From positions 1 to 38,534 of IMG/VR virus record IMGVR_UViG_3300020156_000059: a stretch of 38,534 bases of DNA; one strand, written 5' to 3'. The translations under genes and the position numbers were made by a program. Position 1 is the first letter of the stretch. Every line of letters begins with the position of its first letter. Below are positions 31,758 through 38,534 of this stretch, in pieces. Source of the stretch: a virus (lineage: Duplodnaviria > Caudoviricetes). A model generated the notes under the pieces. It saw only the letters and a list, made by a program, of their open reading frames with translations, did no database searches and was not told the DNA's origin.

Positions 31758-32131
31758 TCGCTGGCCGCCTTAAGCGCTTCAGCCAGGTCGGCCGCGGCAA
31801 CCATACGGAAGCCGACCGGTGTCTCCGGATACCACTGGACGAGCCAAAGGGTGTCCGTTGCGATGGCCTTGTCCCGCTGCTCCGGCGACGGCCAGTCGTC
31901 ATCATCCACTTCGCGCCGCGCGACCCACTCTGCCACCGTCTCGTAGTTGCCCAGGTGCGGGTTGTGCTCGATCATCAAGCCGGCCTTGTGGGCGGGGAAG
32001 CCCGCCTGGGCCGATCTGATCGCCGCGGCAGCGAGGGCAACCTCGGGCGCCGCCCCTGCGGGAAGGGCGCTCAAGCACTCGCTCAGACCCTCGGCGACCC
32101 GCGACTCCCAAGTCGATTTGTCAGGCTGCAC
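31754..32131 (-). CDS. Hypothetical protein (125 aa)
   Basis: AAGGAGG 5 nt before GTG 32131; LMIEHNPH..YETV..W.VQWYPETPVGF. Confidence 0.7.
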   Translation of the reverse strand: MQPDKSTWESRVAEGLSECLSALPAGAAPEVALAAAAIRSAQAGFPAHKAGLMIEHNPHLGNYETVAEWVARREVDDDDWPSPEQRDKAIATDTLWLVQWYPETPVGFRMVAAADLAEALKAASE

Positions 32132-32186
32132 GGTCGCCTCCTTGGTGTTCGCTGACGATAGCATTGGTCCGCGCCGGGCGTAGGTG

Positions 32187-32403
32187 CGGTTGGGGATTTC
32201 GGCCTAACCGATTGATGCATATAGGGGCACTTTCGCGCCAGTTGGGAGCGAGGCGCTTGATTTCATTGGAATTGAGGCAGCTTCCCAAGCTGAATGTCGC
32301 GGGTTCGATTCCCGCCGGCCGCTCCATCTTCTTCCCTTGCTGCATACGCGGTTCCTTCATATCGGCCCGGCCCTGCGCCGGGCCGGTTGGGAAAACGGTT
32401 GGG
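32187..32403. repeat. Putative integrase arm-type sites (CGGTTGGG family) flanking the att core
   Basis: CGGTTGGG at 32187, 32384 and 32396; inverted variant CCTAACCG at 32203; CAGTTGGG at 32239. Confidence 0.6.
32277..32326 (+). other. attP: attP core: 3' half of tRNA-Gly(CCC)
   Basis: CAGC-TTCCCAA-GCTG anticodon arm, GGTTCGATTCC T arm, GCCGCTCCA end; the 5' half of the tRNA is absent; adjacent to the integrase 3' end. Confidence 0.88.
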
Positions 32404-32411
32404 CGTTTCGA

Positions 32412-33497
32412 TCACGCTTCGTTCAGTTTGCGGGCGATCTCCAGGATGAGCGGATCGTCGTCGACATAGGTGTTGAGCAGGCGTTCGACGCGGTCTTCCT
32501 CCCACGCAAGCACCATCGCAATCTGCGTTTTGTCGAGCCCTGCCTTCCTGAGCCGGGTAGCAAACGTGCCGCGAGCGTCGTGCAGGTGCTTGTCGATCTG
32601 CGCGGCCTTCTTGGTCTTGATGACCTGAGCCTCCAGCCCGTCGGGCGTCCAGGGCTTTCCCCGCGTGTTCGACAGCACCGTGACGGGCATCGGCGGATGC
32701 GATCGCCCCTTCCTCTCGGCGAGCGCGCACAGCTCGCGATGCCTAGCCAGCTGCTGCTTCCGGATCTGGGCGAGAAGCTCGCGCGTCTCGGGTAGCAGGG
32801 GGACCGTCTGCACAGCGCGTCCGCGGCTCTTGGATGTCGGCTTCTTGATGGCGATGTCGCCAACGTGCGGCCATGCCAGCTGCGTTAGGTCTGTCCGCCG
32901 GAAGCCGGTGAGGCACGCCAACGGCGCGATGAACCCGACTTCGGGCGACGGCGCGGCGGCGCGGTAGCGCGCCAGCTCGCCCGCATCCCACATCTGATCT
33001 GCCCGGTTGGAGCTATACAGCTCGGCGACACCGGCCGCGGCGTTCCGCTCCAGCAACCCGCGGTCGACGCCCCAGGACAGAACGCGCCGCAGGACTTGGA
33101 TGGCGTAGTCGGCCGCGCGCGGGCGGTCCTGCCATTGATCTCGCCACTCCAGAAGGTCGGCGCGAACGCGGCGGTCGTCGAGGGCCTTGAACGACAACTC
33201 CCCTATGTCGTCGGACTCGATCTTCGCCAGCCACCGCCCCCACTCCGCCTGCACGGCGGCGCTGTTCCCGGTGAACTCGGGCGACTGCCGGTAGCGTGAG
33301 ACGAGTAGGGCGAGGGTCTCCTTCGGCCGCTGGCGCCGGTCCTTCACGGCGTCGTTGTATGCGGCGACGAACTCGGGCGAGCCGGGCTTTCCCGGCAAGC
33401 GCGGGCCGCCCTTCCAGGCGTAGAAGTAGGTGACGCGGGTTCCGTCGGCGAGCGTCTTGGTGAGCCGGTTGAGCCCCTTAAGCCGCACGATCGCCAC
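32412..33497 (-). CDS. int: Tyrosine integrase
   Basis: TYFYAWKGGPRL.G.PGSPEF arm domain; catalytic R (TGFRRTD), HxxR (HDAR), LAW, Y; likely GTG start at 33497. Confidence 0.95.
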   Translation of the reverse strand: MAIVRLKGLNRLTKTLADGTRVTYFYAWKGGPRLPGKPGSPEFVAAYNDAVKDRRQRPKETLALLVSRYRQSPEFTGNSAAVQAEWGRWLAKIESDDIGELSFKALDDRRVRADLLEWRDQWQDRPRAADYAIQVLRRVLSWGVDRGLLERNAAAGVAELYSSNRADQMWDAGELARYRAAAPSPEVGFIAPLACLTGFRRTDLTQLAWPHVGDIAIKKPTSKSRGRAVQTVPLLPETRELLAQIRKQQLARHRELCALAERKGRSHPPMPVTVLSNTRGKPWTPDGLEAQVIKTKKAAQIDKHLHDARGTFATRLRKAGLDKTQIAMVLAWEEDRVERLLNTYVDDDPLILEIARKLNEA

Positions 33498-33681
33498 GCT
33501 TCTTGCTCCGCCAGACGTCCAGGTCGTCGGCAACCTGTTCAGCGGCGGCGTCGGTGGTCAAGTCGATATAGACCTCGCCGCCTGGGCGAACCACGACGCC
33601 GCGCATCGGCACGGCGTTCTTCGCCAGCGCCTTCAGCACGCGGTCTAGGTCAGTCGAGCGGATCGCAGGCGAGCGGGACAT
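33478..33681 (-). CDS. xis: Excisionase-like protein (67 aa)
   Basis: Small ORF overlapping the int start; DLDRVLKA..VVVRPGGEV..DDLDVW pattern. Confidence 0.65.
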   Translation of the reverse strand: MSRSPAIRSTDLDRVLKALAKNAVPMRGVVVRPGGEVYIDLTTDAAAEQVADDLDVWRSKKRGDRAA

Positions 33682-33956
33682 CAGGCGGAGCCTATGAGCG
33701 GGCTGACGTCCTGGCCGGTCTCGCGAAGCGCAGCGGCAATCTCCGTGAGAAGCCGGCGCCGGTCAGCGGTGTCGAGGCTGGGGTCGTCAAGGTCGATGAG
33801 GGAAAGTCGGTTCGGGCCCGCGAACAGGCCGGGCGAGTGCGAGCGCAGCTCGGCCACCTGTTCCGGGTGAAGCAAGGCGAAGTGGGCCGTCGGCGTCTCC
33901 ACGCGGACAACCGTGTCGTGAGGGAAGATCGCGGCGACGACGTAGAGCGGGGTCAC
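33681..33956 (-). CDS. Hypothetical protein (91 aa, MTPLYVVAAIF...)
   Basis: GTGA and TGATG couplings at both ends. Confidence 0.6.
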   Translation of the reverse strand: MTPLYVVAAIFPHDTVVRVETPTAHFALLHPEQVAELRSHSPGLFAGPNRLSLIDLDDPSLDTADRRRLLTEIAAALRETGQDVSPLIGSA

Positions 33957-34243
33957 ACTCGGCCTTTCCCGCGGGGCTTCCTGCGGCTCTTCATGGACGC
34001 CTCCACGGTGTCGCCCTGGAGGCGGCGCAGGTGGTAGGTGATCGCTTCGGCGTCCTCGTCGAACACGCCCATCCGTCGCTGGTTGTATTCGCGGGCGGTG
34101 CGCCCCGCGCACGCCGCAACGGTCATAGCGGTCTCGAGGTCGCCCTTCTCGTAGCTCTCGAGCGCGAGCCGGAGAAACGAGACGGTCGACTCCTCCAGAA
34201 CGCACATGCGCTCCTGGTCCCGGCTCTCCTTCGCGGCGCTCAT
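33953..34243 (-). CDS. Hypothetical protein (96 aa)
   Basis: GAGGGG RBS; coupled within the early-left operon. Confidence 0.65.
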   Translation of the reverse strand: MSAAKESRDQERMCVLEESTVSFLRLALESYEKGDLETAMTVAACAGRTAREYNQRRMGVFDEDAEAITYHLRRLQGDTVEASMKSRRKPRGKGRV

Positions 34244-34353
34244 TCGCCCCTCGTGTCGTTCTGGCCAAGCGGCGGGTCGAACTCCTCGGACGGGTCGAAG
34301 GCGTCCTCCGGAAGCCGTTCGTCCTCGCGCTCCGTATCAGCGGGCCCGGTCAT
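34240..34353 (-). CDS. Small acidic peptide (37 aa, MTGPADTEREDERLPEDAFDPSEEFDPPLGQNDTRGE)
   Basis: ATGA overlaps at both ends. Confidence 0.5.
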   Translation of the reverse strand: MTGPADTEREDERLPEDAFDPSEEFDPPLGQNDTRGE

Positions 34354-34454
34354 GAGGCGACCGCCGGGATAAGGATGAACAGCAGGACCATGAGGGCGGC
34401 CCAGCCGGTGAGGGAGGGCACGATGGCGGTTGCCCAGGCGATGGCGGTGCGCAT
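34350..34454 (-). CDS. Small membrane peptide (34 aa, MRTAIAWATAIVPSLTGWAALMVLLFILIPAVAS)
   Basis: GGAGG RBS; TGATG and ATGA overlaps; hydrophobic. Confidence 0.55.
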   Translation of the reverse strand: MRTAIAWATAIVPSLTGWAALMVLLFILIPAVAS

Positions 34455-34729
34455 CAAGCCACCTCCGCTTCGTCGGTCAGGTAGTAGGCCGCGAGAGCCG
34501 CACGGTAAGCCGGCGTCGGGCGCTCGCCCTGCCAGACGGTGCGGGGCATCATCGCTTCGCAGACTACGCAGTTGATGAACTCGACCTCGTCGGCGCAGAC
34601 CAGGCCCTTGCCGTCCGGATCCAGGCGGACCTCTCCATCAACGAGGCGTGTGACCTCGCCGCTGCAGCCGTTGTTCAGCATTTCGCGCTCGCCGCAGATG
34701 GGGCACGGGTTCAGGGTCTCAGGCTGCAT
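34454..34729 (-). CDS. Lar-like zinc-finger protein (91 aa)
   Basis: LNPCPICG...INCVVC.A; GGAGGG RBS. Confidence 0.6.
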   Translation of the reverse strand: MQPETLNPCPICGEREMLNNGCSGEVTRLVDGEVRLDPDGKGLVCADEVEFINCVVCEAMMPRTVWQGERPTPAYRAALAAYYLTDEAEVA

Positions 34730-35042
34730 CGTGCGGGCCCTCCCCTTCCAACTCGTCGGCGAGGTTGCGCAGGTTCTTGACGGTCTCGGCCGCGCCTGCG
34801 TCATGCAACCGGCACACTGCGGCGGCGCGGAGCAAGAGATAGCTTCCCGTCCCCGTCAGCGCGTCGCCTCGGTCGAGCGCCGCGCTCAGGCCGGTCGTTG
34901 CTACGGTGGCGACAAGGTATCGGCTGGCCGTCCCCGTCGCCGCCTCCGCTACCTCGACGAGCGGCTTCATGGCCTCGGTTACAGGAGCGGTGCGCTCCTG
35001 TGCCTTGGCGACCGGGTCGAGCTTCACCACGTCGCCCATCAC
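34719..35042 (-). CDS. Hypothetical protein (107 aa)
   Basis: GGAGG RBS; GTGA coupling. Confidence 0.65.
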   Translation of the reverse strand: MMGDVVKLDPVAKAQERTAPVTEAMKPLVEVAEAATGTASRYLVATVATTGLSAALDRGDALTGTGSYLLLRAAAVCRLHDAGAAETVKNLRNLADELEGEGPHDAA

Positions 35043-36316
35043 GCGGCCTCCATCTCGGCGCGGGTCATTTCGCGCGCCACCTTGAAGGGGGTCGGCGATA
35101 TCGCGCGGCGAGCCTTGTGCATGGCATCGGCATCCGCCGCAGCCGTCGGGCTGTTCCTCCGCTCCTCGTCGCGTTCCTCGGCTGCGAGCAGGACAAGCTT
35201 GCGTTGCCAGCGCAGGAGGGCGCGCTGGCGGGCGAACGGCTCTTTGTTCACCTTGCCGTCATGGTCCTCCATGACGCCCACGCCGCAGCGATCCACCACG
35301 GCGCCGGGCAGGCGCTCGACGTCCTCGATCCACGCGCGCGCGTCGAAGCGCTCGGCGTCGAGAACGGCGCTCGACGCTCCGGTGAGCCGCAGGACGTCTT
35401 GATACAGGCGGGCGAGGCCCGCTTCGTCGCTGGGCCCCGAGAGCATCCGGCTGAACATCTCCGGCGCGTCGGGTGTCTCGCCCTGGTAGTCCGCTGCGAA
35501 GAGATCCAGATAGATCCAGAACTTCTGCTGCAGCTCCTCCAGCGTCGCGACAGGGACGTCGAGTGCGTCATACATGGCGCTGCGCATGGCATCACAGGTG
35601 TCGTCGTCGGCGGCGCTGGCAGCGTCGTAGTTGTGGCGCTGCCGGGCGGCGTCACGGGCCGGAAGGTAGGCCCGGAGAGCGGCGAGCTTCTGCGCCTTCT
35701 CGTCGATGGAGAGCCCGGCCTCGCGGTTGATCGCCTCCTCGGTGAAGAACCACTGATGCTCGCTGATCCGGAGGATTTCGGGAATGGGGGCCTCGGCGTC
35801 CACCGCCGCGTCCGCGGCTTGGTAGGCTTCGGTCGCGGCCACGTTCGCTGCCGTGGCTTCCTGCACGCGCGCGAAGGCTGCAGCGAAGGGTGTCTGCGGG
35901 GGCGGGGGTGGGTTGCTGATCGCGGCGATGGCGGCGAGCGTGGAATTGAGCAGCCGGCGGCGCTCCTCGTCATGGAGGAAGCGCTGCAGGTCGCCGTCGT
36001 AGCGGGTCTCGCGTTCGGACTTCGGCGCTAGAAGGTCGGCACAGCGGCGGAGGTAGGTGTCAGAGCGGGTCGCCAGTTGCGCGAGGCTCGCGACGGGGAC
36101 GTCCAGAATGGCGGTGACGGCGGTGTCGGCGGCGTTGAGCGCGGACTGCCATTCGTCGTCCGCCTCGTCGAGCGCCTCTTGGGTGGCGGTCGTGCTCCCC
36201 GCGAGATCGGCCAGCTCGGCGTCGTTGTGGATGCGGCCCAGCTGGCGGGCGAGTTCGATAGCGGCGACGGCTACGGCGTCGGCATCGGCGAGGGCGGTCT
36301 CGAAGGGGCGTTGCAT
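35039..36316 (-). CDS. Helical early protein with internal repeat (425 aa)
   Basis: GGGAG RBS; first gene after PL; repeated LDVPVA(S/T)L motif. Confidence 0.8.
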   Translation of the reverse strand: MQRPFETALADADAVAVAAIELARQLGRIHNDAELADLAGSTTATQEALDEADDEWQSALNAADTAVTAILDVPVASLAQLATRSDTYLRRCADLLAPKSERETRYDGDLQRFLHDEERRRLLNSTLAAIAAISNPPPPPQTPFAAAFARVQEATAANVAATEAYQAADAAVDAEAPIPEILRISEHQWFFTEEAINREAGLSIDEKAQKLAALRAYLPARDAARQRHNYDAASAADDDTCDAMRSAMYDALDVPVATLEELQQKFWIYLDLFAADYQGETPDAPEMFSRMLSGPSDEAGLARLYQDVLRLTGASSAVLDAERFDARAWIEDVERLPGAVVDRCGVGVMEDHDGKVNKEPFARQRALLRWQRKLVLLAAEERDEERRNSPTAAADADAMHKARRAISPTPFKVAREMTRAEMEAA

Positions 36317-36350
36317 GGCGTGGTCTCCCGTTGGCAGGGACAACCTACGT

Positions 36351-36394
36351 CGGGGAAATGTCCCCGGTCAACACCTTTCGGGGAAGTTTCCCCG
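36351..36394 (-). promoter_or_regulatory. Left operator pair and PL
   Basis: CGGGGAAATGTCCCCG (36351-36366) and CGGGGAAGTTTCCCCG (36379-36394); minus-strand TTGACC..N18..TAGGTT spans the first. Confidence 0.85.
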
Positions 36395-36400
36395 ATTAGA

Positions 36401-37114
36401 TCACCGAAACTGCCGGATCGCTTGCCGCACAAGGCCGGTGATGCACACCTCATAGTCCCGCGAGAAACCGTCTTCCTCGGGGTTCTGGGGCAACGAGAGT
36501 TGCAGCGGGCTCTGGTGCGCGGGGTTTGTTGACCTGGGGTGCAGGGTCACGACGCCGCCGCGGCCCACCTGAACCTGCTTGACGCTGCGCTCGACCATTG
36601 AGCCGTCTGCGCTGGTGCGCTCGACGACGACGATGTCGCCAGGGCGCGGGGCATAGCCGATGTCGGCGGCATCCACGACCCGGATGAGGTCGCCGTCGAA
36701 GATCCGCGCCTTGTCCATCGAGTCACCGACGACGATGTCCAGCCACTGCCTGGCGTGCGGGAACTGTGGATCGGTTGGGAGAACCTCGACGCCGTAGGGC
36801 TCTTGCACGCCGTGATCTACGCTCGTCCAGGTGCCGGCCTGCACACGGCCGCGTATCGTCAACTCTTGGAGGCGGCGGGGCGGCAACTCGGTGGGCTCGC
36901 CCGGCGCGTCGCTGGTTCCCGTGAGGTAAGGAAGGTCGACGCCCAACGTGCTCGCCAGCTTCTGCAGCCTATCCACCCGCGGGCTCTTGCTGCGGCCATC
37001 CAGCACATCGCGCACGAACGACTCGCCGAGGCCGGCGTCAAGTGACGCCTTCCGGGGGCTTAAGCCCTTGCGCGCCAAGGCAGCGAGCAGTCGTTCTCGA
37101 TCAATCCCCGACAT
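36401..37114 (-). CDS. cI: CI-type repressor (HTH plus S24 peptidase, 237 aa)
   Basis: N-terminal HTH, VQAG cleavage site, VVGDSM catalytic Ser, SVKQ catalytic Lys; flanked by operators. Confidence 0.93.
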   Translation of the reverse strand: MSGIDRERLLAALARKGLSPRKASLDAGLGESFVRDVLDGRSKSPRVDRLQKLASTLGVDLPYLTGTSDAPGEPTELPPRRLQELTIRGRVQAGTWTSVDHGVQEPYGVEVLPTDPQFPHARQWLDIVVGDSMDKARIFDGDLIRVVDAADIGYAPRPGDIVVVERTSADGSMVERSVKQVQVGRGGVVTLHPRSTNPAHQSPLQLSLPQNPEEDGFSRDYEVCITGLVRQAIRQFR

Positions 37115-37202
37115 CGGCGCGGTATAGCGCAAGGGCTGTGGATGTTTCAGCGGGAAGTTTCCCCGGTTGACTGTCGGGGACAAATCCCCGATGCTGCGCC
37201 GC
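37115..37202. promoter_or_regulatory. Right operator pair with divergent PRM/PR
   Basis: GCGGGAAGTTTCCCCG (37150-37165) and CGGGGACAAATCCCCG (37175-37190); PR TTGACT-N17-GATGCT; PRM on the minus strand CTGAAA..GCTATACC. Confidence 0.85.
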
Positions 37203-37439
37203 ATGACCGACTTGAACTCGTTCCTTGAGCGGTGCCAGCGCCATTGCGACGCCTCCGGGCAGTCGTGGGGCGGCCTGAGCCGCGAGCTATTCGGTAAGAG
37301 CAACCGCCTCGATCAGCTGAAGGGCGGCAGCGACATCGGCGTTCTGCGCCTCGCTCGTGCGAGCAAGGATCTGGATACGCTGATGCTCAGCGCCCGGAGC
37401 CGCGCGGCGGTCCCGCTCGACGCCGAACAGGCGGCCTGA
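37203..37439 (+). CDS. cro: Cro-like repressor (78 aa)
   Basis: Divergent from cI; LSRELFG.SNRLDQLKGGSDIGV.RL HTH pattern. Confidence 0.8.
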   Translation: MTDLNSFLERCQRHCDASGQSWGGLSRELFGKSNRLDQLKGGSDIGVLRLARASKDLDTLMLSARSRAAVPLDAEQAA

Positions 37440-37463
37440 GCCATGCCTGGGGCGTCGGTCACA

Positions 37464-37712
37464 TCAATCTTCGGATCGCGCGGAAGGAGCGGACGCCCCT
37501 CCTACCGACCGCGCGTTCGGGGGGCGGCTGGAAACAGTCGCCCCCTTGAGGAAGTCTGCCAGAAGCGCGCCTGTCCGCGCGCTCCGGCGGTCTGCGAGCT
37601 GGCTGTAGAGCCGCGCTCGATCGCCCTTCTCGCGCCGTGCAGCATCGCGCCAACGAGCCGCTGCAACGGCGCTGTCTATCGCCTGAACAATCCTCTGATC
37701 CACCTCCGCCAT
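37464..37712 (-). CDS. Antisense hypothetical protein (82 aa)
   Basis: GAGGAG RBS; fills the gap between cro and the CII-like gene. Confidence 0.5.
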   Translation of the reverse strand: MAEVDQRIVQAIDSAVAAARWRDAARREKGDRARLYSQLADRRSARTGALLADFLKGATVSSRPPNARSVGGASAPSARSED

Positions 37713-37744
37713 GCGGCCACCGCTCCTCTTCGTCGGAGACATTC

Positions 37745-38191
37745 ATGTCACTGACTGGAGAGACGTTCATGGGGTCGGTCCCGCACAATCGTCGAACCGC
37801 TGACTGCTTTGGTCTGGCGGTCGGAGCCCTGCTCCGGAAGCGGCATCCCTATCACACGGCCAAGAGCGTCGCTGCGGACCTGTCCGCGGTCGGCATGGGC
37901 GAGTGCACGGTGCGCACGGCGGAGAACCTGCTGGCAGGCCACCTGTCGGCGAAATCTGTCACCCGCCTGACGCTCGCTTACGGGCTCGGGTTCCTGATCG
38001 AAGCTGGCGCCGCCGTGTCGGGCGAGACGCTGGAGAGCTTCATCGAGACGCAAGCCGATAGGGCAAGGAATGAGCAATCACGATGGGACGTCCTCTCGGC
38101 CCAGCTGGAAGAGGAACGCGCAGCTCGTGGCGCTCGCCGCACAGGCCGCGTGGGGCGGGCTGCTGAGCAGCCTGGGCTTCCCGGCTTCTGA
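37745..38191 (+). CDS. CII-like HTH regulator (148 aa)
   Basis: GGAG RBS; TAKSVAADL..TVRTAENLLAG HTH; position after cro. Confidence 0.65.
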   Translation: MSLTGETFMGSVPHNRRTADCFGLAVGALLRKRHPYHTAKSVAADLSAVGMGECTVRTAENLLAGHLSAKSVTRLTLAYGLGFLIEAGAAVSGETLESFIETQADRARNEQSRWDVLSAQLEEERAARGARRTGRVGRAAEQPGLPGF

Positions 38192-38276
38192 GACCTTCCT
38201 CGCCTGGGCGAAGGCCGGCCGCGAGATGCGGGAGCAGGCGCAACGTGAATTGGCTCTGCTGCAGCGGGGTCGCTGA
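38070..38276 (+). CDS. Possible small overlapping protein (68 aa)
   Basis: Ends in TGATG coupling to the next gene but overlaps the CII-like gene by 122 nt; start uncertain. Confidence 0.3.
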   Translation: MSNHDGTSSRPSWKRNAQLVALAAQAAWGGLLSSLGFPASETFLAWAKAGREMREQAQRELALLQRGR

Positions 38277-38534
38277 TGCCCGATGGCCCCCTCATCTCGC
38301 AATCCGAGCGCCCTGGCTACGTCCGGCGCGATAACTGGACGCCCGACGGAGGGCACACGGTGTGGGTTCGGCCGGACGAGGCGGCGAGGGAGCAAGCCCG
38401 CGCCGGTGGCTCCGTGACGTCGTTGAACAGCACCTTCGCCTCCGACAACGGCCCTCTGGCGTGTGAGCAGCGGCTTCTCGGCACGCTCCTGATGGCTGAA
38501 GACTTGGCCGGGGACATCCTCAAGGAAGTGTCGC
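38276..38534 (+). CDS. Replication protein with DnaB-like N-terminal domain (3'-truncated)
   Basis: Frame open to the window end; ACEQRLLGTLLM resembles the DnaB-N AEQ.LLG.LL motif. Confidence 0.55.
   Translation, partial: MPDGPLISQSERPGYVRRDNWTPDGGHTVWVRPDEAAREQARAGGSVTSLNSTFASDNGPLACEQRLLGTLLMAEDLAGDILKEVS

Larger units (their letters stand above)
1..38534. mobile_element. Temperate podovirus genome segment (BPP-1/epsilon15-like architecture), attP (excised) configuration
   Basis: Continuous phage gene order: terminase, portal, scaffold, capsid, adaptor/nozzle, ejection proteins, lysis, att/integrase, cI/cro, replication. No tape measure or sheath gene and no host housekeeping genes. Confidence 0.95.

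Noticed and set aside
32250-32326. Intact tRNA-Gly gene
   Set aside because: No 5' acceptor strand or D arm upstream of the anticodon arm; it is an att core only.

Overview
The whole window is one high-GC temperate podovirus of the BPP-1/epsilon15 type, probably with an alphaproteobacterial (Caulobacter/Sphingomonas-like) host, judged from a GTTC-N7-GTTC LexA box and promoter style. It runs from a 5'-truncated terminase small subunit through packaging, head, tail and ejection genes (including a 2888-aa polyvalent protein), a lysis cassette, a tRNA-Gly(CCC)-derived attP with integrase/excisionase, an early-left operon, a cI/cro switch with four 16-bp operators, and the start of a DnaB-like gene. 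Phage genes flank the att core on both sides, so this is the excised (attP) arrangement. The most unusual signals are: (1) a four-gene insert between terS and terL containing two stand-alone paralogues of one domain of the phage's own tail nozzle; (2) an exact 20-bp motif in front of three late gene blocks, each followed by an RBS-occluding hairpin; (3) a candidate ~100-nt sRNA with complementary loops and an anti-SD tract; (4) a nozzle gene split in two; (5) a LexA-boxed, apparently leaderless gene. All calls come from motif recognition and gene order by eye; no searches were run.
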